Below, piece after piece: positions 35,401 through 46,200 of a stretch of DNA of 64,000 nt; position 1 is the first letter of the stretch; each line of letters opens with the position of its first letter. The notes beneath the pieces were generated by a model. The model ran no database searches and was not told where the DNA came from. It saw nothing but the letters and a program-made list of their open reading frames with translations. The stretch comes from Camelus ferus (taxonomy: Eukaryota). Location of the stretch: the NCBI RefSeq assembly GCF_009834535.1, contig NC_045711.1, forward strand, positions 50,840,001 to 50,904,000, in the 5' to 3' direction. The position numbers and the translations under genes are program-made.

Positions 35401-36778
35401 CACAAGGGATGCCTGACAATATCTGGAGTCCACTCGGAGGTGGACTACTGAAATCTAGGGTGTGGAGGCCAGGGACACTGCTAAATGTCCTACAATGCAC
35501 AGGACAGGCTGGCACAACAGGGAACTAACCAATCTGAAATGGCAACAGTCCCTGAGGAGGAGAAAGCGAGTTAACATCATTATTACCTTGAGGTACTGCG
35601 CTGTCCCTTGTAGTTTCCTTGTGTCCCACTCCTGCCTTGGAAAACAGTCCCTTTATTAAATCCTGAGTGTGCCATCTGCTTTCCTGCTGGGGCCCTGACT
35701 GCTATATGTCCCTTAGAATAAAAGCATATTTATTCTGTGACTCTCAGGAGGAGGAGAGACAGCAGCCAGAAAAGCCCTACCTCAGCGGGCCCAGCCCTTC
35801 TCCTCCAGGAGATGCTGCGAGGCACGGCCTGCGCCTCAATCACACAGGAGCACTCCATGGACTGCAGTGCACCGAGGAGCTGGCCCCCACCTTCCATCTG
35901 TAAGAGCACTGCAACAGAGGGGAAAGGGGTTGTCAGTGGGGCCCAGGAAGCAGTTCACACAGCACAGGGTAAAGAAGGCTGCCTGGAGGACCTGGATCCA
36001 GCAGCACAACGATGTGCTTTAAGCATTCCTCTGGCCTCTGAGCTTTCAGCCTGTTGACCAGGGCTGCCTTCTTCTTCCTTTCCTGTTGCCTCAGGGTGCT
36101 TTCCTTCTGGCTTGCTAGTCCCCGCTGCTGGCATCTCTGGGAGTCTCTCTTCTGGACCTTCTGATTATGCTTGGTTCTCTTCTGAGGCGGGGGTACCTCT
36201 TCATTTGTTTGGGCTACTGTCAAGCTGTTGCTCTGGACACAGCAGGTAGTTGGGCAGGCTGGAAGCCGATGGCATGGATGGTCTAACATAGGGTCCTTGC
36301 ACTTGGATGCACGCCTTGCTAAGGTGTCATGGGGGGGAATATAAGTGATCCTTGGAAAGGGCTGGTTTTGCCAGTCACATGATGCTCCTTCATTAGTCTG
36401 ATGAGCCAAAACACTTTTAGCTGGGGAGCTGGAGTCCTCAGGGCTCAGCTGCTTGTGGGTCAAAAATCTACAAGTAAGTCTCTCAGCCAGGGGAATAAAT
36501 TCCTCCTCATCGTCACTTCCACTGCTTAGCACCCTAACTGGCTCTGTTTGTGAGACAGTTTGAGCTGTGTCTGGGACAGGTGGTGGATCTTTCCATTTTG
36601 GTGATGGAGGACAGGAGGCCTCAGAATCTGAGATGTCAACCACTACAATCTCCTCCTCTTTCTGAGGCTCCCTCCTCTTTGCTGAAGATGGTTCCTTCTT
36701 CAGGAAGGCAAATGTTGGCAACTCCTCAGAGTCACTCTCACTGGAATCCAGTGAGAGTGATGACTTCTTTAGAGCCAT
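32279..36778 (-). CDS. EME1: EME1 (MUS81 partner); join(36778-35992,35908-35781,34628-34542,34448-34327,34122-33996,33764-33649,32877-32687,32455-32279); +1 frameshift in exon 8 as written
   Basis: [30 protein letters not shown]...[20 protein letters not shown] matches EME1 throughout; summed exon length 1735 nt = 3n+1. Confidence 0.95.
32687..32877 (-). CDS. EME1: EME1 exon 8 (191 nt, one extra base)
   Basis: [18 protein letters not shown] in one frame, [45 protein letters not shown] in another; TCAG / GTATGC. Confidence 0.92.
33649..33764 (-). CDS. EME1: EME1 exon 7
   Basis: [38 protein letters not shown]; CTAG / GTGAGT. Confidence 0.95.
33996..34122 (-). CDS. EME1: EME1 exon 6 (alternative upstream acceptor at 34161)
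   Basis: [11 protein letters not shown]...VTRVDIEE; CCAG / GTAAGA. Confidence 0.9.
34327..34448 (-). CDS. EME1: EME1 exon 5
   Basis: [40 protein letters not shown]; ACAG / GTTTGG. Confidence 0.94.
34542..34628 (-). CDS. EME1: EME1 exon 4
   Basis: [29 protein letters not shown]; ACAG / GTGGGC. Confidence 0.94.
35375..35570. mobile_element. MER20 (hAT-Charlie) DNA transposon fossil
   Basis: GAGGCCAGGGACACTGCTAAATGTCCTACAATGCACAGGACAG matches the MER20 core. Confidence 0.75.
35781..35908 (-). CDS. EME1: EME1 exon 3
   Basis: [43 protein letters not shown]; GCAG / GTAGGG. Confidence 0.95.
35992..36778 (-). CDS. EME1: EME1 exon 2, coding part (acceptor at 36802)
   Basis: MALKK...[17 protein letters not shown]; donor GTCCTC. 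Confidence 0.93.
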
Positions 36779-37124
36779 CAAAAATGCTATCCGATTAATT
36801 CCCTAAAAGGAAAAGATAAGACACAGACTGTAGCATTGAATTCAGTCCACTAGATGTGTTCTACAGCCAAGCTTTATAGAAATAAATATGATACACAGAG
36901 AAATGGAGAAATAGAGAAATAGGGCATGGTCCCAGCAAGGTCAGCCTGGAACTCAGAACAGCTTTGTCTGTAATCTAACAGGAACCCTCCTCAAATCCTT
37001 TCTAGGTCAAGGTGAAGTATAAACAAAGTGGATGCTACTATTAAAAAGTCTTAATGGAGTAGAAGCGAGATTCCACACCACCCCTTTGTTGATCTCTGCA
37101 TTTAAAATGGAAGTACCGAGTCAT

Positions 37125-37617
37125 TAAAAATTGAGATATAATTTGCATCCTATAAAATTCACCCTTTTAAAGTGTACAGTTCAGTATGTTTCAGTATATT
37201 TGCAAGGCTGGATAACCATCACTACCATCTAATTCCAGAACATTCTCATCACCCCAAAAAGAAATGCCACAGCCATTAGGCAGTCAATCCATTTCCCTTC
37301 CCCCACCAGCCCCTGGCAACCATAAATCTTCAGTCTCTATGGATCTGCCTATTCTGGATATTTCATATAAATGGACTCATAGCATGTGCTCTTTTGTGAA
37401 AGGCTTCTTTTACTTAGCATGTTTTCAAGGTTCATTTATGTTATAACACGTGTCAGCACTTCATTGCTTTTAATGGCTGAATAATACTCCAATGTATGCA
37501 TATACTACATTTTGTTTATCCATTCATCACTTGGTGGACATTCGGCTTGTTTCCATTTTTTGGCCACTATGAATAATGCTGCATGAACACCATGTCCAAA
37601 TTTTTGTGAGGACATGT
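37125..37617 (-). mobile_element. L1M (L1MB-like) 3' fragment in EME1 intron 1
   Basis: TAAAATTCACCCTTTTAAAGTGTACAGTTCAG..CCAGAACATTCTCATCACCCCAAAAAGAAA..TTTATCCATTCATCA motifs. Confidence 0.82.
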
Positions 37618-37849
37618 TGCTGGGTCGTGCACAAGAGTCACTCTTTGAACAAATATTCACTAACACTGTGTGACCCGGGATGAGCCATGTAACTCCTGGG
37701 GGCCTCGCCTTCATTTTCAGTAAATTTGGGATAATAAAAATAACTACAAGGTTATGAGAGTTTAAAAAAAAATTTAATGCATCAACAGCACTCTGTACAG
37801 TACCCAGCAATCACCAAGAGTTCAGTAAAGTAAGCTTAACGACTAGAGA

Positions 37850-38450
37850 GGGACCTCACCCCTGTCCCCGTCCGGGCCTCTGCTGACTGGCAGAATACGG
37901 AGATCGGACAAGCCGGCCCCTGCCAGGCATATTCCACGCCTTTCCAGCCGGCATCAGGGCAGGCAGCTCGTCCACACGCCGCAGCAGAGGCCCCGGACGC
38001 CCCGGCCACAAAGCCGCTACGGAGCAGAGCTCAAGAGGGAGGTCCTACCTCGCCCGCCTGCCAGCTTGCCTGCAGGCCGGGCTGTACTCACCAGCAACTT
38101 CTCGCGCCACTCTTTCAACCGCCACGTAGGACCCGGAAGTAGATCTTCCCGTAGCGGAAACGGAAGGTTTCGGAGACCGAAAGCGCGCGTACAGCAAGCA
38201 TGGCGTTGGCGGCGCTGACGCTGAGGACGCGGACAGCTGGTAGCGGGACGCCGTCGCCGTCGCGGGGCGAGGGGTGGAGGCGGGATGGAGACCTTGCCGG
38301 GAGCCGGGGGATGGAGGCCGTTCCCCGCGGGGGACCCTGGGGGCGGGAGGGTTGGGGGATAGTGCGGGGTCCAAGAGGTTTGAGGGGCGGCAGTCGCCGA
38401 TCACATGACATCTGGGGCGAGGGTCAGGTGACCATCCCTGCCTGGCTTGC
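37850..38450. promoter_or_regulatory. Bidirectional CpG-island promoter of EME1 and MRPL27, including EME1 non-coding exon 1
   Basis: CCGGAAGT (ETS/GABP) at 38133-38140 plus further CGGAA motifs; EME1 donor CTG|GTGAGT at 38092/38091 is only ~110 nt from the MRPL27 ATG. Confidence 0.85.
38200..38239 (+). CDS. MRPL27: MRPL27 exon 1
   Basis: [13 protein letters not shown]; donor GTAGCG. Confidence 0.92.
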
Positions 38451-41400
38451 AAGTACAGCTCCCTTAGCGGTTGGTGACTTAAGTTCCCCGCTTCTCCTGT
38501 CTGGCTTTGTTTGGGTTCCTTCATCTGTAAACATGAGTTATTACCTCAGGCTCATTGGAGCCCAAAAAACGAATCCGTCCGTTCAACAGACTGAGGTCTG
38601 TCTTTGTGCCAGACACAGTGGTAGGTGTTGAGGATTTCAGCAGAGAAAATAAAGACGTAGTCTCTCCCCCAAGGCTGGTCCTTTCTAATGGATAAGTCAG
38701 TTAAGAAGCACATAAATAAAATAGTTGTAAATTGTAACAAGTACTGTGAAAGAAAGGAAAAAATGTGTCTGTTTCTCTTTTTTAAGGTGAGTGGTCAGGG
38801 GAGCCCTCTGAGGAGGTAACATGTAAGTTAAGACCTAAAGGATGACAGGAGGCCTGGCTTTGTAAGAGAGGCAAGAGAGTGACTTGACCCAGTTTTACAT
38901 CTTGAGAAGTAAACTTGTTTTTATGTGAATTTAAAGGGAATAGCAGTGGAAATGAGGAAACCAGATGGGAAGCTTTAATAGTAGCCCTGATGAGAGATGA
39001 TTTAGCCGAGATGTTAGTACTGTCAGTGAACTTGGAGGGAACTGGGTGGATTTGAGATCCATTTGGAGTTAGAATCCACAGGACTTGCTGGTGAACTAGA
39101 TATGTGAGGTGAGCAAAGGGAAGGAATCAGCAGTGATTCCTTGATTTCTGCTTGAGCAACTGCATTTCCTTTGAGCATTGTTTAAGGAGGAGGATGGTAA
39201 ATAGGGTGAAGGGCAAAGGTTTGTGAATGAGATAAGGTAGATAAAGCAAGTCTAGTTCCTGACCTTAGTAAGAAAGTGAATGAATGAATAAATAGGTGTT
39301 TAAAGGTAGGGAGATCCTGGTGCTGTGCTCTAAGTCCTTATCTTTGATCCTTTGCCCCAGCTAGTCTGTGTTCTCATTAAAACTTCAGAAACCTAGGTTT
39401 TAGGAAATCTGAATTTACGGGCTCCAGGGACCCACAAAGGCTCTAAAGATCCTGGCATCACCCTGACTAAGCATAGCTGTATCTGCAGACCTGAGGGCAG
39501 GGACTGCCATTCCTCGGCTTTACGTGGGGCACAAGGCTTCCATCCTGGTTAGTATGAATTTTAGTTCCCTTTCCTTTTTAAAATAAATGCCGTTGACCAC
39601 TTTGGAATGAAAATGGAGACATCAGATTAACAAGGGCAGGGTGTCAGCCTTCTTGGTTGGACTTGTACTTGGTGGGCTTGCCGAATGAAGAAAGGGCCCA
39701 GCCTTCTGAAATGGACAGGAGCCTGTGGTAGCCTCCCTCAGAAAGGCTGCCCTTTTTGTTTACAAGTGTATGGTGTGCCATGGATGGATGGTTGGATGGA
39801 TGGCTGAGAAAGTGGTGGGTGAGGTCAAAGCAGGCGCCTCTCCCTGGGTGTCCTGTGCTGAGCTCTGTGGTCTGGCCCCTACACAGTGCATGGAGCCTTG
39901 AGGGCATGATGGTGAGTGAGGCTGAAACAGGCAGCTCTGTGGTGTCCTCTTGCTTGCGGGCTTCTGTTTCTGTGGTGTTTGTTTCTCCTCATTAGGACTG
40001 GATGTGTCAGGACCTAGGGCACATGGTGTTTATTTTTTTCCATTAATATGTTATTCCGTCCCCCCCTCTCCTAACCCCCTACCCACCCAAAGCCACACAC
40101 ACACACATGCACATTTCATGCAGTGCTTACACCCTGGACAATACAAGGAATGACTTGTCCCCTGTCATGGGAGAAGGCCAAGGACTTCAGACACTCCCTG
40201 AAAGCCCACACAGTCAAGTGGCATTTCTGCTCACGTATCTTCCTCACCTCCCCTGCCACTACCCACTGCCACCTCTCAGCTTAGCAGATGGCCCATTGAG
40301 ACAGAAAGAGAGTCTGATTGGGAGCCTCCCTGTTTGAACAACATTTCTGTTCTCTCTGCAGTTACAGCCCTGCTGAACCCCCCTCAGGCTGCAGCTCTTG
40401 CTGTCAGATATGCATCCAAGAAGACAGGTGGCAGCTCCAAGAACCTGGGTGGAAAGTCACCAGGCAAACGCTTTGGCGTCAAGAAAATGGAGGGTGAGGG
40501 TGTGGCTTGGTTTCCACTTCCCAGTTAGCACCTACCCTGCTACCCCTGGCGTTCCTATGAAGAGCAGGAAAAACACGCAAGGGCCCAGCCCTGTACTCTC
40601 CATTTTGCTTACCAGAACATTTGGCTCCTGATTAAAGAGGCAGATTAGAACTGAGGTGGGGTGGGGGGCCTGAGGAAGAGCAGATAAGTGGGAAGCTTGG
40701 CCATGCAACAGGAGAGGGGGCTGCCAGGTGGGGGACAGGGAGCTGCTTATGTCAGACTTTTGGGAGTTGGTCTTATCCAGGGGCAGGCCTAGAGGGTGGT
40801 GTACAGCATTTGGGCTAGGAAAGCGAGGGCTGCCATGTTTTCTTACCAGTTTGCTGTGCCTGCCTCATCCTGGGGGCCCAGAGTTAGTTAGTGCACTTGT
40901 GGACTTTTCTTCTAGGTCACTACGTTCATGCTGGCAACATCCTTGCAACACAGCGCCACTTCCGCTGGCACCCAGGTGCTCATGTGAGTTGCTCTGTACC
41001 CTCCTGCCTCACTTTTTCTTCTCTAAAATGAGCTCTCCATGCTCCTAAGCATAGTAATTTTTACAGTTGCATTTAAATTGAGTGCTTATTAAATGCCAAG
41101 TGTCATGTTGATTCCTGGGCCTACATTATCTCCATTCATCCATACCTCCATCCCTAGGGTAGGTAGATATCACCTCTTGTTTACAGGTAAGATGCCAGAA
41201 ACTTAGAAAGGTGGGGAATGGGGCGCGGGGTGGGGGGGCAAGTGACAGAGCTGGGATTTGAACCAGGTCTGCCTGACTACCAAATCACTTTTTTGCCTTG
41301 GTAATAACATTAGCCTGGTTCTCTTGGGTGTCTTTTCTAACCTCCAGTTCTTAGAAGAGGAGATTTCTAGTGATTTAAGATATTTTTTTTAACCTTTTCA

Positions 41401-43031
41401 ATTTATTCACTTTCTCTTATTTTTAAGAATTCCTCCTTTACATAGAGTTATTCTTAGATGGCTGAAAGACAGCTTAAGTTTAATAAAATAGAATTTAGTG
41501 TGTGAATCAGAAATTGGGTCCGTACCAAGCAGGGATTTCAGTTTCAGTAAGTTGGTATTACTTTCTGAGGTAGGAAGGGTCTTTAACACAGGCTTATATT
41601 ATATATTCTTTTTTTTTAAAATTACATTACATTAATTTAAATATTACATTACATTAATTTAATTATTACATTAATTTAAATATTAGTTTTGTTTCCTCTG
41701 TAATCAGTTTCCTTCTCCCTTCTTACTATTTTCTTGGCATTTTAGTAGGCACAGAAAGACTGATAGTAACCTATAATTATTTTTTAAATGCTGATTTCTA
41801 TGTGAATTGATTGTATCTGTAGTAGCTTTTTTTTTTTTTTTTAGAACTTAAGACATTTACTATGTGGCTCTGTTAACTCTTGGGACTTAATAAAATAATG
41901 ATAACAATAATTTAAAAAGTTAACATGTTTTGACCTGGGCAGTGTTCTAAGCTCTTTATGATTGCTAACTCATCTCATCCTCAGGATGATCCCATAGAAT
42001 AGTTAATATTTATCCCCATTTTGCAGATGAAAAAACTGAGACATAGTGAAGTAAGTTAACTTGCCCAGATCACCCTACAGTAAGTAGTAGTGCTAGGATT
42101 TGAACCAGTCTGTTCTTTTAATCAGAGAAATATTGAATAATGCTAGACTGCCTGGGTGCACACATCCAATCTCAAGTTCTAAAAGAAAAAAGCTAAAATA
42201 TGGATGGTTAAAAAACTACATATATGATACATAATTATTTAATCTCTTTGCTCATATTTATTTATTATGAAAAACAAGGTTAGAAATAGTAACTACTTTA
42301 CAAGGTAAGAATTAAATGAGTTAATGTATATAATAGGGCTTGGAAAAGTGGTTACACACAGTGAGTATTACATAATTATTAACTGATATTATTATTATTT
42401 AATTAGCATATGCATTATCCATATAGCTTTGAGCCTAAACTTTATAGATCACCATATAGATGAAAATGTGTATCAAACTAGTGTTGTGTTAAGCCTAACT
42501 GAAGCAAGCTCTCAAGGGCAGTAATTAGAGGCATTTTCCAGGGCCTGGTTGGGGAATATGACCGCTGTGGCTTCTGACTAGCTGCACAGACACGAGTCCA
42601 GGTATCAGTCCTAAGGAACTGAGTAACCACCACGATTGACTGTTGGAATTTTCTTGTCCTGCCTTTGTCATGGAGTAACTACTAAAGCACTGGGGAAGGA
42701 AGCCTGAAATGGAGCTTTTTGAATCCTCCCCTTTAGCCTTAGGCCTGAATCCTTGTGAAAAGTCTGTCCTGAAGCCGCGGGATGACCACCTGGCTGTCCA
42801 GCTGACTAGGTCTGTGTGTTGCAGGTGGGGCTGGGAAAGAAGAAGTGCCTGTATGCCCTGGAGGAGGGGGTAGTCCGCTACACTAAGGAGGTCTACGTGC
42901 CCAGTCCCAGCAACTCGGAGGCTGTAGATCTGGTCACCAGGCTGCCCAAGGGCGCTGTGCTCTATAAGACTTTTGTCCACGTGGTTCCTGCCAAGCCTGA
43001 GGGCACCTTCAAACTGGTGGCTATGCTTTGA
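38200..43031 (+). CDS. MRPL27: MRPL27 (mitoribosomal bL27m), 148 aa; join(38200-38239,40362-40493,40916-40983,42825-43031)
   Basis: [14 protein letters not shown]...[54 protein letters not shown]...FKLVAML*; 447 nt; GT-AG introns. Confidence 0.97.
38570..39300 (-). mobile_element. L2 fragment in MRPL27 intron 1
   Basis: GGTGAGTGGTCAGGGGAGCCCTCTGAGGAGGTAACATGTAAGTTAAGACCTAAAGGATGA and GAATCCACAGGACTTGCTG motifs; boundaries approximate. Confidence 0.6.
40362..40493 (+). CDS. MRPL27: MRPL27 exon 2
   Basis: [30 protein letters not shown]...KKME; GCAG / GTGAGG. Confidence 0.95.
40916..40983 (+). CDS. MRPL27: MRPL27 exon 3
   Basis: [22 protein letters not shown]; CTAG / GTGAGT. Confidence 0.95.
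41920..42115 (-). mobile_element. MIR (one of many MIR fragments, e.g. ~2640-2900, 17340-17500, 51190-51310)
   Basis: CCCCATTTTGCAGATGAAAAAACTGAG..TAACTTGCCCAG..GGATTTGAACC MIR core. Confidence 0.75.
42825..43031 (+). CDS. MRPL27: MRPL27 exon 4, coding part
   Basis: [22 protein letters not shown]...GTFKLVAML*. Confidence 0.96.
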   Translation: MGLGKKKCLYALEEGVVRYTKEVYVPSPSNSEAVDLVTRLPKGAVLYKTFVHVVPAKPEGTFKLVAML

Positions 43032-43214
43032 GCTCCTGGTTGAGGCCTTTGGACGGAAACTGGAACACAGATGACAGGAGAGAGGTATCAGAAGTTGTCA
43101 AGGGTTAGAGTGATGACAAGGCCTCCCAAGGAAGAAGTCTGCTTGATGGTGACTGCAGGAGACTGTGAAGTGACTGGCTGGGAAGCCCTTTGGGAGACCT
43201 GACTAGGGATCAAT

Positions 43215-43220
43215 AATAAA
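43215..43220 (+). terminator. MRPL27 poly(A) signal AATAAA
   Basis: Canonical hexamer ~185 nt after the stop. Confidence 0.75.
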
Positions 43221-46200
43221 GTTAGTTGGAGTCATGAGTCTGTGCTGTTTTGGGGGCAAACCTGGATGGAGTGGCTTACTGATTTGTTTACCCATGTTCT
43301 CTAGTGCACACCCAGGGGGACCCTCAAAGCAGGAAAGAGCCCTGTCAGAGTGAGGAATAAGAAGAGAGGACTTCATTTTGAGGAGAGGAGGTTGCTGTAG
43401 CACCATCCTCCAGAGAGGGATGTAGGGGAGAGCTTGTGCTTGAGGCCATCACTGCTCCATCCCCTCCGGGATCCCACAGGTGACAGGGCCCTGGAGAGAG
43501 TGGGTGGAGAGGCCAATAGAGAAAGCCAACAGCGTCAGATTCCTCCCCTGGAGCACATTCAGAGGGAGCTGGACAGCAGCCCCAGAAATGGCCACATGAC
43601 AGGCCCCGGGTGTCCAGGGCATAGAGGCCCTGTGTGGCCTGGAATACCAGGGTCCTTCCAAAGATAAGGCAGAATCGGTGACAGATGGGCATCAGAGACA
43701 CAAGTTTACATTCTTTTCTGATTCTTGGTTTATCTCAAGCCATAAACAGCAGCAAAGAATCTGGCTTCAGGAATACTCAGTCTGGGCCTAGAGTGGGCTG
43801 GGGGCAGGTCTTCATTGTCAACCCAAGACCTTTAGAAACTTGGCTTCAGGTGGAAGGGCGGGGAAGGAAGTCTTTGCTGGGGTGGAGGGTCCTCCTGGCT
43901 GGAGGTAGGCAGTGTTGGCTGAGCTCCATAGAGGGCTGAGCTCCAGAGTTAGTGACTTCCTCCTCCCAAGGACTCCTCTGCCCTGAAGGCAGGAGCTCCA
44001 GGGATTAAGGACAGAGAAGTCTCCTCATTGTAGAGGTCTGCTTTGAACTTGTCACCTTGTTTTCTCAGGGCATGACCCCAGATTTCCTGCCTCCTGCAAA
44101 GGTGACCCAGGGTTTGTTGAGGTACACTTTGACTTCCTTCTTGTAGGGTCTCATGTACTGAGGCCCAGCTGGGGGAGGTTGGTGGAGGCATCTCTGTAGG
44201 CTCAGTGCTGTCCCTGCCAGGCCCCTGGAGAAGCAGGAGGGGACAGGATGGAGGAGCTTGCTCCCTCTTACACAGTGTTTCCTGAGTGGGGCAGACGGTG
44301 GCTTCCTGGGGTGGGTAAGCAGAGCCGTGGATGGGTGGTAGTGCAGGCAGTGGCCTGAAGGCCTAGCTGGCTGGCAGCTGGGAAAGGTAGGAGAGCAAAG
44401 ACATTAGCCATTCCCTTACAGCCTCCGTTCACATATGCTCTTTGGTCTTTGTTTTCTGCGTCTCCTCTCCTGCAGTGATGGTCCTTCCTGGGAACTACAT
44501 AGATCTTAGAGCTGTTGGCTCCATTTCTATGGGTAGCTCTTCTGCGAAGCCCATCCTAAGTGGCTTCCCTGTACTGGGGTCTGCCATCCTATCCTCTACC
44601 CAGAGAGGTGAAGTGGCATCTCTAGCCAAATCCTGGAACTCTCCATCCTTGGTCCTTTCCTTGTTCCAGGGGCTCTAATTGGGCATTGTGTGTAAAAAAG
44701 TAATACAGGGAAAAAAGCTCAGCTCTCCAGGGCACTCAAGGGTGGGAGGGCTGAACATTCACCTCTCAGGCCCAGAGCCAGAAGTGCTGTGCAGTCAGCT
44801 GCTGCCTGTCCCTTTGAACACTCATAGCTGGGCAGGGGAGCGGTTTCCATAGGGGTGGCTGATAGCCGTTGGGCAGCCCTGCACAGAATACCTCACCCGC
44901 CCTGGAGTAGCCCTGTGACCAAGGGCTAGCCTGGGACGTCAGCGTGAAGCTCAGGGTTCAGCCAGTGAGCAAGAGAGCAGAACGCAAAACCTTTCTTGTC
45001 CCCATGTCCCTCTCCTCATCTCGTTACTTCTCTTCCCACCAGTCCGAGGCACAAAGCTCGGCCCCTCAGCATTCTGAAATGCACTCAGCTGTGAAGAAAT
45101 TCCACCCTTTTCTGGCCACTTGTTCAGTCTCTCATGATGTGGCAGCCAGCTCTGATGACCTTCGTGGGAGAGTCAGAGAACACTTTATCCGTCCCCACCT
45201 CTCCAACCTGTCTGGTGCTCACGGCTGGAGTCAGAGCCTGGGGAAGCTGCAGGTCCCAAGATTTCTTTTGCTTTTTGTACCCAGCATCCCATGTGGGGCC
45301 CTGTCCCTGGGGAGAGGACTGGCAATACCTTAGTCACCACCTACCTCCTCCCACAGAATTTGGCTCTGGGCTTTCCCCTGGGAGCCAGGGAGAATGTGGG
45401 CCTCCAGTTGGCTTGGAGAGCTGAGACCATTTTCTTCACCAGCAGCTCACAGCACTGGGTCCTGTTTCACAATGGCCAGGGAGGCTAGCCAGGATGTTGT
45501 TAACCCTTTCCATACTGCTTCCTTAGCCCAGAGGGAACCCAGACTGGAAGATGCAGAGAGCATAGAGTAGATTCAAAGGCCCCCTCCATACTAAGCAGAG
45601 AGCAGGTGTCCTTTTGTTGGGATTGGAGTAGGGGGCCCTGAAGGGAAGGGGTTGATGGGTCACGGTGCTTACATATTAGCTGGGGCCCCAGAAGAAGTGG
45701 CAGGAGCAGAGGACGTGGCAGTAGTGGGGCTTGCACTGGTACAGCAGCAGAACAGCCATGATGAACACTGGGATGAAACGATCCTTTCCCCGGAGGCAAT
45801 GTCCCGGGTTCAGCCTGGACCTGGCATGCACGGTCCCATCTCACCTTTCCAGGTTGGAATTCCACTCCAGGAGTTGGGTAGGAATGACCTGGCTGGAACT
45901 AGTATCAGCTTGACATGCAGGGGAAACTGAGGGGCAGACAGCTCCCCTTTGCTGCTGTGTGTCAGTTCCCTGTGGCAGAGGGAGGAGGGAGGACAGAGCA
46001 GCTTTATCCTGCTCAGCCCAAGGAAGGGGTGGTGTATGAAAGGGAGTATACAGAGGGACAGACTTAGGGAGGAGAAGGAGTTTGTGGCAGGGGCAGATAT
46101 CCTTAGAAACTGGATCTGAGGACGTAGGGTAGGACTGAACAGTCTGAACTCAGACTCCTGGTGCCCAGCTCTTCTTCCACTGTCACGGACTGTGGCATCA

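Noticed and set aside
35909-35991. Possible U12 (minor) intron in EME1
   Set aside because: GTCCTC lacks the U12 GTATCCTT donor, and no TCCTTAAC branch site is present
45600-45800. Hydrophobic/Cys-rich minus-strand frames (FIPVFIMAVLLLYQC; SSWLFCCCTSASP) with a GTAAGC donor, considered as a TMEM92-like exon
   Set aside because: No real similarity to TMEM92, the implied intron is only ~35 nt, and no upstream exons are evident
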